Source: Candidatus Woesebacteria bacterium
GTDB lineage: Bacteria > Patescibacteriota > Microgenomatia > UBA1400 > UBA12028
DNA: 48,261 bases
NCBI GenBank assembly: GCA_040006915.1
Contig: JBDTWD010000007.1
Location: forward strand, 1 to 48,261
Reading direction: 5' to 3'
The notes beneath the pieces are model-generated. The model saw only the letters and a list, made by a program, of their open reading frames with translations. It ran no database searches and was not told the origin of the DNA. Positions 17,787-25,846 of the stretch are shown piece after piece (within the stretch, counting starts at the first letter, position 1; every line of letters begins with the position of its first letter). Both the position numbers and the translations under genes were made by a program.

Positions 17787-20700
17787 TTAGTTAATACCAT
17801 TGTAGAAATCTTTTACACGAGAGGGGAATTGTCTGTTGTTACAGAAATCATTTTGTCCGGTCGTTTTTTCTCCAGAATAGCGACGCAAGAATGCCAAGTA
17901 AGTAGGTTGGCCATTTAAAGTATTTAGAAAAACGGATACCTGCGGGGTGATACTTGCTGCTGTACGGCTTGAGTTTTGTGATATCACTCCAAAGTCTGCA
18001 ACATCATAGGCGCCAAACCCTGATTCATCTCCCCAGATGGAAAGTGCTAACCTAGGGCTGACACCGGCTTCTTTGGCTTTTTGGACCACATACTGACAAG
18101 CAGTCAATGTTCCATTCGGAGAGTAACTACCACTGGCGTCAACTTTATGAGCAATCAAAGTAAACTTCGGTGCTCCTCGTTTCGGACTATACGTACACGC
18201 AACACGTGAATAGAAGTTCTCATTACAAAGTCCGTCTCCTCCATCGTTCCCATTTTTCCAAGAAGCCACATCTAAAGCAGAAGAATAAAGTGCGGCTTTT
18301 TGTCCGACTGATCCTGCTCCAGCCTCACCAGCTGTACATGTATGAGTGGAATTAACGACTGCAATTCCGCCACCTGCAGTAATACCACCGCTCGTCCCGT
18401 TACAGGTAGCGACTTCAGTTTCAAGATATGCTAAATCCCCGCTACCCGGAGCTGGAGATGAACCAGGAGTCGCTCCTTTGGTACAAGCAGAGAGCCCCTC
18501 TTTTAAGAACGCTTCAAAGCCAGCATATGGAACTGTAGGAATATTATTGTTTGGACGTAAGACATTACACATTACTTCCCATAAGCCGCGTGCTAACATG
18601 CCGCCAGGAACTTGAGGATCTGGATTAAACTCACTGACTCCTTTGGTTCCAGTTACGCGACCTTCCAAAAAGACCGGACCTTGATCTACTGTCGTGCCAG
18701 CAGGAGGAGCATTCGGATCAGGAGGGGCGTTCGGATCGATAGGAGGAGCTTCACCACGATTCTCTCCAATTGGAGAGTTTGCCCTCACCGGAGGGGAGGA
18801 AATATCAAACCCAGAGCCAGAAAGTTGCAGATACCGAAATGGATTCCTTGGGCTCGTTTGCTCAGAACTTCGAGAGATGAAATGGAAATCAGGATCCTTG
18901 ATATTTTGATTCGGAACGAATGTTTGCACAAATGACAACTCATAGTTATTGATATTGCGATATTCTTCTGGAAGTAACAGGAAGGTTCGCACCGTCTGTG
19001 GATCACCAGCTCCAGTACCTCCTGCAGTGAGTCTAGCGACAGCAGTTTGCTTACGCGGCTGGACTGGATCAGGATTCCCTTCAGGGTTAATTAAATGATT
19101 GACTTGTGGGGCGGTCTCCCCGACGTAGTTTTCATAGCTACAACCAGCAAACGGAGTGCCAAGGGTTGCTCCAAAGTTAATTGGGGTTGTAAATTGGGCA
19201 TTAATACGTCGGACAATGATGCCACGATAGTCATCTGCGGGAATTTGGCTACACTTGGTACATTGGATATATTTTTTGTCGGAATTAGAGTTGAACGAGG
19301 GATTGCCGACCTTAGGAGTAAGACCCTTCACTTCATCTTGGGTTATGGTTTCAATGCGATCAATCGTTTCTTTGGGAAGAATCGATTTAATGACTTGGGT
19401 AAAACCGCCATCGTACGTTGGAAAGAAGGATTTTTTGTCAGGAATTGTCGCATTGTTTTCTTCCGCAAAGCCTGCTGGGACATAGACTTTGGTGATTTGA
19501 ATGCGATCGTTAATTGTCATGTTTAAAATTTCACTAGGATCAGTTTCAAGGGTACTAGGGGTGAGCCAAGTCACTTTGCTGGCAAAATCACTTGGTTGGT
19601 CTTCAGGCCGGTCCATGTAGCGGACAATATAGGCAGGCTTAAAGGCCCTAGGAGTGGTAACCTCAATAGATGTGAACGCTTGATACCAGTCTTTATTTTT
19701 TGTTTGGACGTTCTCTACCCATTCTGGAGAACAAGTAGCAGTTCCTGATACCTTAGGAATATTGTTCCCAACTTCTTTGTAGCTAGGAAACTGTGGCTTA
19801 GCGCCAGGGATGGGACGATATAACGCACATTCGCCTTTAGGAGCGGCGGATGCGGAGGCAATCTGAGGTGGCTTTTTTGAATCCGTCGTTGTGCCCACGG
19901 CATTCACAGCAATATTGCTGCGTTTGTATTCATCATCACACAGCTGCTTGATGGCAGAAAGATAGGTCATAGTGTTAGTACATTGCACCGTTTGGGAAGT
20001 CAGCTTTTTTGAAACACCGTTGGCTAGTGGGGAGATCAAGTCAGTGGCCTGGTTCAATTGTTTTTTTGTATAATTGGCTGAGAAGAATCCCTCAAGATCA
20101 TCCATGCGGCGAGTGGGATCTGTGGGTCGGGGAGAAGTGACATCCTGCATACGAAACAAGGGAATAACTGTCTTGGTGTTGTCAATGAACACATTCCCAA
20201 AGGCAATAAAACTACATGCAGGATCGTTTGGGGTACAGGGTCCATCAAAACGATTTGGACCAGGACCATTCGATGCTTTACTATCATAGCCTGGAAGAGC
20301 ATCATTTAGTTTACTTTCGTTAGTGATTTCTCCTTGGAGGGTAATCTTGTTTCCACACGTTAACATGTAACTGGCAGCCATGGCATTCTTTTGATCTGTT
20401 CCTTGCATGTCTTCAATTCCTGGATAAACAAACAGGGGATTTTGGCGACCATTACAGTCATCTGTTACTTCTTGTCCATTCTTGTCATAGGCTTTACCGT
20501 AGACATAAAAGAGCCAATCACTTTTTGTAACGTTACTGTTTTTACATGGATCAAGAATCAAGGTTGTTGCAGTCTCAACGCCAGCTGGCATTTGGTAGGT
20601 ATTCAAAAAATCGAGTTGATCCTTAATGCTGGGAGGCGGTTGGGTATTGGGATCAACACCCAGTCCACCAAAGTGGACCACTTTTTTCCCTGGACACATA

Positions 20701-21401
20701 TTAGTCTGTAAAAACTGCCAAGCATCTAAAGCTGGAAGTCCAACTCGTGATCCTGATAATTTAAACACGTTCGCAATCAATACGTCGGCACCAGCACAAC
20801 CACCGCTGCCTTTGAAGGAATTGATCCACGGAACTGGATCCCAGACACCGTTATATAAATCAGGGGGGGCCGGAGCGACTTTGAAGTATCCGGCACATCC
20901 AGAATGAACAGCATCAGCTAACGCGTTAAATTGCGTTGCATATTGTTTCGCAGCCTCGGAGAGACTAGTTGTTCCTTTATATTCTAGATCCAGGTTATTT
21001 AACTCATTTCCGACTCCCACGATAGTTCCTTGTGGGAAGACACCTTTGTTCGCACATAGTGCTGATCCATACGCTGCAAACTTGCTGGCAGGGGCGTTGA
21101 AATCAAATCCAACAATACGGATCGCAACTTTAGGACTTTGAGGAGTCGGATTATATGGAGCTTCATCTAATCCATTGGCAACTTGCACGATTCCTTTGAA
21201 TTGTTGTGGCACAAGTAGCGCTCCATTTAAAGCTTCTTGTGCCCCGCGATCAAAGCCAGCACCAGCGACTTCTGGTCCGATATCATCACGATGCGCAGGG
21301 GCAGCTTGTGCATATACTTGAGCAGAAGTCAGGAAAACGGACCCTAACAAGAGAGCAATAAAAAAAGAGAACGACGATACTACACGGCAGATCTGTCGCA
21401 T
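17787..21401 (-). CDS. giant secreted protein with a possible clan GH-A-like glycosidase motif near the N-terminus and a lysozyme/SLT-like C-terminal domain
   Basis: Signal peptide FFIALLLGSVFLTSAQVYAQA. GVGNELNN lies at residues ~130-136. A PPIDPNAPPDPNAPP repeat is present. The C-terminal ~105 aa (GVSPRLALSIWGDESGFGAY) carries a transglycosylase-like E-S motif. Confidence 0.8.
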   Translation of the reverse strand: MRQICRVVSSFSFFIALLLGSVFLTSAQVYAQAAPAHRDDIGPEVAGAGFDRGAQEALNGALLVPQQFKGIVQVANGLDEAPYNPTPQSPKVAIRIVGFDFNAPASKFAAYGSALCANKGVFPQGTIVGVGNELNNLDLEYKGTTSLSEAAKQYATQFNALADAVHSGCAGYFKVAPAPPDLYNGVWDPVPWINSFKGSGGCAGADVLIANVFKLSGSRVGLPALDAWQFLQTNMCPGKKVVHFGGLGVDPNTQPPPSIKDQLDFLNTYQMPAGVETATTLILDPCKNSNVTKSDWLFYVYGKAYDKNGQEVTDDCNGRQNPLFVYPGIEDMQGTDQKNAMAASYMLTCGNKITLQGEITNESKLNDALPGYDSKASNGPGPNRFDGPCTPNDPACSFIAFGNVFIDNTKTVIPLFRMQDVTSPRPTDPTRRMDDLEGFFSANYTKKQLNQATDLISPLANGVSKKLTSQTVQCTNTMTYLSAIKQLCDDEYKRSNIAVNAVGTTTDSKKPPQIASASAAPKGECALYRPIPGAKPQFPSYKEVGNNIPKVSGTATCSPEWVENVQTKNKDWYQAFTSIEVTTPRAFKPAYIVRYMDRPEDQPSDFASKVTWLTPSTLETDPSEILNMTINDRIQITKVYVPAGFAEENNATIPDKKSFFPTYDGGFTQVIKSILPKETIDRIETITQDEVKGLTPKVGNPSFNSNSDKKYIQCTKCSQIPADDYRGIIVRRINAQFTTPINFGATLGTPFAGCSYENYVGETAPQVNHLINPEGNPDPVQPRKQTAVARLTAGGTGAGDPQTVRTFLLLPEEYRNINNYELSFVQTFVPNQNIKDPDFHFISRSSEQTSPRNPFRYLQLSGSGFDISSPPVRANSPIGENRGEAPPIDPNAPPDPNAPPAGTTVDQGPVFLEGRVTGTKGVSEFNPDPQVPGGMLARGLWEVMCNVLRPNNNIPTVPYAGFEAFLKEGLSACTKGATPGSSPAPGSGDLAYLETEVATCNGTSGGITAGGGIAVVNSTHTCTAGEAGAGSVGQKAALYSSALDVASWKNGNDGGDGLCNENFYSRVACTYSPKRGAPKFTLIAHKVDASGSYSPNGTLTACQYVVQKAKEAGVSPRLALSIWGDESGFGAYDVADFGVISQNSSRTAASITPQVSVFLNTLNGQPTYLAFLRRYSGEKTTGQNDFCNNRQFPSRVKDFYNGIN

Positions 21402-21414
21402 GAGATTTATTATA
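21402..21414 (-). promoter_or_regulatory. -10 box TATAAT, 7 nt upstream of the ATG of the 1204-aa secreted protein gene
   Basis: Minus strand reads GGTATAAT-AAATCTC-ATG. Confidence 0.45.
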
Positions 21415-21451
21415 CCTTAGATTGCTGTGTAGAGGAAAAACAAACGCAAGA

Positions 21452-21886
21452 TTATATCTGTGTATTAAAATCCATGAGTGTCGGGATGCCAGTAAACGTG
21501 GAAATAAAGCGCAGGATCACAAACGAGGCGAGAGCCACCACAATTCCTAGAATTGCGAAGCTAATGGCTTTCTTTCCGCTCTCCACACCTTTTGCATTGG
21601 CTCCAGCTGTGAGATATTGAAACGAACCGATCAGGAACATGACGAACGCAGCAATGCCGATGATTGTGATCGCAGTTGATAATACATTTGCAACTAAACA
21701 CTCAATTCCCTGAATGGTAGCGACGTCCGCGTTTGGATCTTTCGAGACAGTGGTTCCAGCCGTCACATAACCGCCAACACATTTTCCGGTCCAGGCGTTG
21801 GTTTGAGATTGAGCAAGAACAGGTGAGGCGAGTGTAATAAACATTGAACTACATACAAAGAAGATGGAGAGAGCTTTTGATTTCAT
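21452..21886 (-). CDS. T4SS pilin-fold protein P1 (VirB2/TrbC-like)
   Basis: Sec signal ending PVLA|QS, then two TM helices flanking YLTAGANAKGVESGKKAISFAILG. Confidence 0.75.
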   Translation of the reverse strand: MKSKALSIFFVCSSMFITLASPVLAQSQTNAWTGKCVGGYVTAGTTVSKDPNADVATIQGIECLVANVLSTAITIIGIAAFVMFLIGSFQYLTAGANAKGVESGKKAISFAILGIVVALASFVILRFISTFTGIPTLMDFNTQI

Positions 21887-21903
21887 AGCCTATTCATTAT
21901 AGC

Positions 21904-21933
21904 AAACAAAAGCCCCCGCTTTAAGCGAGGGCT
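21904..21933 (-). terminator. intrinsic terminator after pilin gene P2
   Basis: The minus strand reads AGCCCTCGC-TTAAA-GCGGGGGCT (one G:U pair) followed by TTTGTTTG. It starts about 25 nt after the P2 stop. Confidence 0.7.
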
Positions 21934-21958
21934 TTATTCATTTCAATTCAACACAAGG

Positions 21959-22360
21959 TTAGTATCCTTGTGGGATCGCAATTGGGCCACCGATGGTGGT
22001 TCCAAAGAAGCGATTCAAGACTGCACCGATAGCAAAGGCAGATGCGACGATTGCCAAACCAATGATGGCGTTGGTAATTTTCTGACGTGCACTTTCTGTC
22101 TTACTTTTATCTCCACCGGCAGTCAACCACTCAATTCCACCCCAGATCAGGTAGATGAATACCAAGAGTCCAACGATACCTAAGACAACTTGAAGAAGTC
22201 TAGTGATCAAGACTCCGATATCAGTGATCTTGAATCCAGCTTGACCAGCATCAATACTGATGGTGTCCTGTGGGGGGATTCCTTGGGCAAATACAGGACT
22301 AGCAAATGCAACGAGTGCACTTCCAGCTGCGGTTGCAGATGCAATTAATTTTTTTACCAT
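21959..22360 (-). CDS. T4SS pilin-fold protein P2 (candidate major subunit)
   Basis: Signal peptide ending PVFA|QG, core EWLTAGGDKSKTESARQKITNAIIGLAIV. An AAGGAG SD lies 7 nt upstream and an intrinsic terminator lies downstream. Confidence 0.8.
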   Translation of the reverse strand: MVKKLIASATAAGSALVAFASPVFAQGIPPQDTISIDAGQAGFKITDIGVLITRLLQVVLGIVGLLVFIYLIWGGIEWLTAGGDKSKTESARQKITNAIIGLAIVASAFAIGAVLNRFFGTTIGGPIAIPQGY

Positions 22361-22433
22361 AGCACTTCTCCTTAGATAATATTAGGTATGCTACTAGAGC
22401 TATTCTACCATGTTAGGCAACAAAGCCGCTCGA

Positions 22434-22453
22434 GTCAAGCAGGAAAGCTTGAC
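22434..22453 (-). other. perfect 7-bp stem-loop immediately after the P3 stop
   Basis: GTCAAGC-N6-GCTTGAC, 1 nt downstream of the stop at 22455, with no U-tract. It could be an mRNA processing or stability element ahead of P2. Confidence 0.35.
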
Positions 22454-22454
22454 A

Positions 22455-23012
22455 CTATGGGCAATTTGGCCACGCGAATGTGTGGGTTCCAGTCACACAA
22501 CTACACGGTTCGTAATGAACATAGGAAAGTCCGCCGACTCCCGCTGCTTCGCACTTGACCATGGCTGCTCCACCTCCGGTGCAGTAGCCTCCAGCTCCAC
22601 CGTCATTCACTGTTGCATTCACAGCAACATTTCCAGCACATGTTTGAGCCGTTGGATTTTGACCGCCAGTATTTCCGCCACCAGTTGTTCCTCCAAATCC
22701 TAGGTTAATTCGATCCCCGAGTCCGAAGAATCCTAAAAGGAGTCTAAAGATGGCAAACACGGATGCGAGAATCGCTAAACCAATGATTGCTTGGGTGATT
22801 TCACTTCGAGCAGTTTCGATTTTACTTTTGTCTCCACCTGCAGTAATCCAGTTAAATCCTCCCATCAGAAGATAGAGTAGGACAGCCAAAGTTCCGACGA
22901 CCAAAACTCCACCAGCACCCAGTTCAACTACTTTTCCGATGGTTTGCACCGGAGAGATAGTCAACGATTGAGCGCCGATATTTAAGTTGTTTTGTGCAAG
23001 TAAGATAAACAT
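22455..23012 (-). CDS. T4SS pilin-fold protein P3 with a Gly/Cys-rich C-terminal extension
   Basis: Trimmed to ATG 23012 (MFILLAQ...). Core NWITAGGDKSKIETARSEITQAIIGLAIL, then GGTTGGGNTGG and a 5-Cys tail. Confidence 0.75.
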   Translation of the reverse strand: MFILLAQNNLNIGAQSLTISPVQTIGKVVELGAGGVLVVGTLAVLLYLLMGGFNWITAGGDKSKIETARSEITQAIIGLAILASVFAIFRLLLGFFGLGDRINLGFGGTTGGGNTGGQNPTAQTCAGNVAVNATVNDGGAGGYCTGGGAAMVKCEAAGVGGLSYVHYEPCSCVTGTHTFAWPNCP

Positions 23013-23016
23013 AGAA

Positions 23017-23445
23017 TTAATTTTTACACGGACATCCAGGCATTGGAACACAAGTAGGTGCTTGTTGATTTGGACACTGAGGGATCTGTCCACCGCCGTT
23101 CGTTGCCGGAGTACCAGTTAAGTTGTCTGCAAAGTTGGGGTTGAGTAGTTGCAAACCGATGATTCCACCAATAAAGATACTGATTGCTACCGTTCCGACT
23201 AATACTAGCATTCCGATGACTGACTGCGTAATACGATTGCGGGCCGCTTCAATTTTTCCTTTGTCTCCACCTGCGGTAATCCACTCCAAAGCGCCAATGA
23301 CAAGCATGACGAGAAGAGCAAGGCCTCCAAGAGTCACAGCCGTACGCCAAACAGTGACGATAATGTTCGTCAAAGCTACGTTGGCAGGTCCGGTTCCAAA
23401 GGTTGGAACAACAGGATTCGTGATTTGAGCAATAAGTGTCAACAT
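23017..23445 (-). CDS. T4SS pilin-fold protein P4 with a short Cys-rich C-terminal tail
   Basis: MLTLIAQ..., core EWITAGGDKGKIEAARNRITQSVIGMLVL, tail CPNQQAPTCVPMPGCPCKN. Confidence 0.75.
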   Translation of the reverse strand: MLTLIAQITNPVVPTFGTGPANVALTNIIVTVWRTAVTLGGLALLVMLVIGALEWITAGGDKGKIEAARNRITQSVIGMLVLVGTVAISIFIGGIIGLQLLNPNFADNLTGTPATNGGGQIPQCPNQQAPTCVPMPGCPCKN

Positions 23446-23449
23446 AGGT

Positions 23450-23833
23450 TTATGGAGTTCCTCCTCCTGGAGCCAACTGTTGTAGCAGTTTTAATGGGTT
23501 TAATACATCGAGTCCTAGTACTCGTCCAACGACACCAACGATTCCATATCCAGCAATCACGACTACTAAACCTAAAGCGGCTTGGGTCATTTGGTTACGA
23601 GCGCTTTCAACTTTGCCTTTATCTCCACCAGAAGTAATCCAGGACAGGGCGGCAAAGATAAAGAAAATCAAGAACATTAACCCGGCAAGAGTGGTCAAAA
23701 AACCCAAGAAATTACTCAAGAAATTTTCAAGAGGAATTCCTCCAGCTTCGGCTCCCGTTCCTGGAGCAGGAGTAAATGCCGCTGTTGGAGGTTTTAAAGG
23801 ACCGAGTTGGAGTTGGGCTAAAAGTCGCGACAT
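23450..23833 (-). CDS. T4SS pilin-fold protein P5
   Basis: MSRLLAQ..., core SWITSGGDKGKVESARNQMTQAALGLVVV. Confidence 0.75.
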   Translation of the reverse strand: MSRLLAQLQLGPLKPPTAAFTPAPGTGAEAGGIPLENFLSNFLGFLTTLAGLMFLIFFIFAALSWITSGGDKGKVESARNQMTQAALGLVVVIAGYGIVGVVGRVLGLDVLNPLKLLQQLAPGGGTP

Positions 23834-23834
23834 A

Positions 23835-24206
23835 TTATGGTACAGCAGTAGGAATAACTGGATTTAAGATAAAGGTAGCATCACCAAACAACAAGAAACT
23901 GATAATGGCAGTGATTGCAAATGAACCGACAATCAAGATTAAGCCGATCAAGCTGTAGGAAAGTTGTTGCATTGCTTGCTCAGTCGCTTTGGCATTTCCA
24001 GCTGAATTTAAATAGGTATAACCAGCACCGATGATATTAAACAAACCAAACAGGCCAGCTATGATCGTAATCACTTTGATTAAGTTCGACGCGAAAATGA
24101 CAATGCCAATACCATCTGGTCCACCAGCTTGAGCATTAAAGATTGCCACTCCTGGGGGAGGACTGACAGTTCCAAAGATTTGTAAAACTGGAAGTATGAT
24201 AATCAT
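23835..24206 (-). CDS. T4SS pilin-fold protein P6 (divergent)
   Basis: Two TM helices flanking YLNSAGNAKATEQAMQQLSYSLIGLILIV. Confidence 0.65.
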   Translation of the reverse strand: MIIILPVLQIFGTVSPPPGVAIFNAQAGGPDGIGIVIFASNLIKVITIIAGLFGLFNIIGAGYTYLNSAGNAKATEQAMQQLSYSLIGLILIVGSFAITAIISFLLFGDATFILNPVIPTAVP

Positions 24207-24218
24207 AGGACTTGACTA

Positions 24219-24563
24219 TTATAGCGTTGAATTCAAAATCGGTACACCAGTGATCCTTTGGATGATTTGAATGATCCAGAATGCGGCAAAAATAACTAAA
24301 AATCCAATCACCGCTCCAGTAATCTGACCTTTCCCTTGTTCGACACTTTTGGCATTCCCTCCAGAAGAGATGATGGCAAATCCGCCACCAATCAAGAGGA
24401 AAAGTAAAATAATTCCGGCGATAATAAAGGCTAGAGGAACGAGAAGATTTAGAAAAGAAGAGATTGTGGCGTATTTCCCTTGTGCTCCTCCGACTGCGTT
24501 TACTCCCCCTTGGTCCAAGAACAGCTGATCTCCAATATTAAAAGCGAACAGTAATGCAGACAT
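24219..24563 (-). CDS. T4SS pilin-fold protein P7 (first gene of the array)
   Basis: Two TM helices flanking IISSGGNAKSVEQGKGQITGAVIGFLVIF. TATACT lies 7 nt upstream of the ATG. Confidence 0.7.
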   Translation of the reverse strand: MSALLFAFNIGDQLFLDQGGVNAVGGAQGKYATISSFLNLLVPLAFIIAGIILLFLLIGGGFAIISSGGNAKSVEQGKGQITGAVIGFLVIFAAFWIIQIIQRITGVPILNSTL

Positions 24564-24576
24564 ACACAGTAGTATA
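24564..24576 (-). promoter_or_regulatory. -10 box TATACT, 7 nt upstream of the P7 ATG (pilin array promoter, leaderless-type)
   Basis: Minus-strand TATACT at 24576-24571, spacer ACTGTGT, ATG at 24563. Confidence 0.45.
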
Positions 24577-24586
24577 CAATATATCT
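24575..24586 (+). promoter_or_regulatory. -10 box TACAAT, 6 nt upstream of the sigma-factor ATG (leaderless-type)
   Basis: TACAAT 24575-24580, spacer ATATCT, ATG 24587. It overlaps the divergent -10 box by 2 nt. Confidence 0.45.
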
Positions 24587-25132
24587 ATGGTTTTTTCGAA
24601 TGAAGCAGCTCTGATTGTGGCATTAAAAAGCGGTGAAAGCTCCATGGTTAGCCGATGGTATGAGGAGTCAAAACGAGCCCTCCTGGCTTTCTTCGTGCAT
24701 CAAGTGAGTAATGAAGCGGATGCTCAGGAGCTGGTTCATGACACGTATATGTCATGCCTTGCTTCACTGCCACTGTTTAGAGGAGAGTCGGGCCTATGGA
24801 GTTTTATGATTTCCATTGCTCGCCATGAACTGGCAGACTATTGGCGCAAAAAGTACGCCAAAAAAGCCATTGCGATGCTCCCATTCGGTCAAGAATTATT
24901 AGATACCGTGGAGCGTCCTCAGGGCAGTGAGCCACAAACCCAAGAAGTACAAGAATTACTACAAAATCTTCCCGGTGATATTGCTGAACTTTTAGCTCTA
25001 AAATACATTGACGGCTTATCAGTCAAAGAATTGGCCAAGAAATATAAATTAAGTTTTGCGGCGATGCAAAGTAAGTTGTATCGAGCTAAAGAAGTATTTA
25101 AAGAACAGTATGAACGAAACCCAATTTCTTAA
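24587..25132 (+). CDS. ECF-type RNA polymerase sigma-70 family factor
   Basis: Region 2: ELVHDTYMSCLASLPLFRGESGLWSFMISIARHELADYWRKK. Region 4 HTH: LALKYIDGLSVKELAKKYKLSFAAMQSKLYRAKE. I prefer ATG 24587 to 24554, which overlaps the divergent pilin gene. Confidence 0.85.
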   Translation: MVFSNEAALIVALKSGESSMVSRWYEESKRALLAFFVHQVSNEADAQELVHDTYMSCLASLPLFRGESGLWSFMISIARHELADYWRKKYAKKAIAMLPFGQELLDTVERPQGSEPQTQEVQELLQNLPGDIAELLALKYIDGLSVKELAKKYKLSFAAMQSKLYRAKEVFKEQYERNPIS

Positions 25133-25322
25133 AAACCTCCAGCAGAAAGCCAAAGTCCAGGCATCGGTTGATGGATCATCACCTTTGCCGCAGTGGGCAA
25201 GACCACTTGCATCACTTGTCGGTTTACACTATTGGCAATTTTTGTTGGTGATTTCCTGTATTATTGCCATATTTATTAGTGTGTGGCTTTTTCCAGAAGT
25301 ATATGCAACGACTCGTTTCTAA
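25110..25322 (+). CDS. putative anti-sigma factor (single-pass membrane protein)
   Basis: 70 aa with one TM helix (YWQFLLVISCIIAIFISVWLF). It overlaps the 3' end of the sigma gene, a typical sigma/anti-sigma arrangement. The call rests on position only. Confidence 0.45.
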   Translation: MNETQFLKNLQQKAKVQASVDGSSPLPQWARPLASLVGLHYWQFLLVISCIIAIFISVWLFPEVYATTRF

Positions 25323-25617
25323 AAGTACCAGCTTTTCCTATGGTGTCATAGCCACAATTTTGGGGTTTTTAACGCACCCCTATCAAACCATGCAAAAAGT
25401 GGTGGATAAACACATCCCACTGCTCTTCGTGTTCTTTCCTGCAGTTTTTTGTCTGATTGGTTGGCTTACTGCCAAAGAATTATCCTGGTTTTTCTTAGAT
25501 CTAATCCCTTTGGTGGGATTATGGTGGTTTTTGGAAGTTTGGTGGCTGACGTTCTGGGGATTGTGGCAAGTAACACTTCTGTATCTTTTCTGGCGGTTTT
25601 CTTCTGTACAGGAATGA
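25303..25617 (+). CDS. small polytopic membrane protein, unknown function
   Basis: About three hydrophobic, Trp-rich helices. It overlaps the preceding ORF by 20 nt. Confidence 0.5.
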   Translation: MQRLVSKSTSFSYGVIATILGFLTHPYQTMQKVVDKHIPLLFVFFPAVFCLIGWLTAKELSWFFLDLIPLVGLWWFLEVWWLTFWGLWQVTLLYLFWRFSSVQE

Positions 25618-25650
25618 TTTTTCTTCTTTTTCCCGACTTTGGTCGTATAT
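25612..25650 (+). repeat. copy 1 of a ~39-nt repeated intergenic element (GAATGATTTTTC..TTTTCCCGACT.T.GTC)
   Basis: 31 of 39 positions are identical to 25841-25879 in an ungapped hand alignment. Both copies start at the E-stop (GAATGA) of one ORF and run into the start of the next. Confidence 0.6.
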
Positions 25651-25846
25651 GGAATCAGAACAAAACTTTATTCACGATGAAATTATAGCGGATCAAAGTC
25701 TACTCATAGCAATTATTGCCGGAGAACCAATAAGGGAGATAGGATTACCCCTATTCCTTGTTCTCGAGATTGCCAATCAAATCCGAAATAGTCACAACCT
25801 TCCACTGTATGAAATCCAGTTGGTCGTTCCCAGTCGAAATGAATGA
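25649..25846 (+). CDS. hypothetical small protein
   Basis: 65-aa ORF preceded by a copy of the repeated intergenic element. No motif recognised. Confidence 0.3.
   Translation: MESEQNFIHDEIIADQSLLIAIIAGEPIREIGLPLFLVLEIANQIRNSHNLPLYEIQLVVPSRNE

Noticed and set aside
18170-20907. Multiple plus-strand ORFs of 60-143 aa inside the 17787..21401 gene
   Set aside because: They are shadow ORFs within a continuous 3.6-kb minus-strand ORF that has a signal peptide. None has a recognisable motif or start signals.
21452-24563. The regularly spaced similar units of the pilin region, considered as a CRISPR-like or other non-coding repeat array
   Set aside because: The periodicity is at the protein level (350-560 bp genes with divergent DNA). 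There are no short identical direct repeats with unique spacers anywhere in the window.
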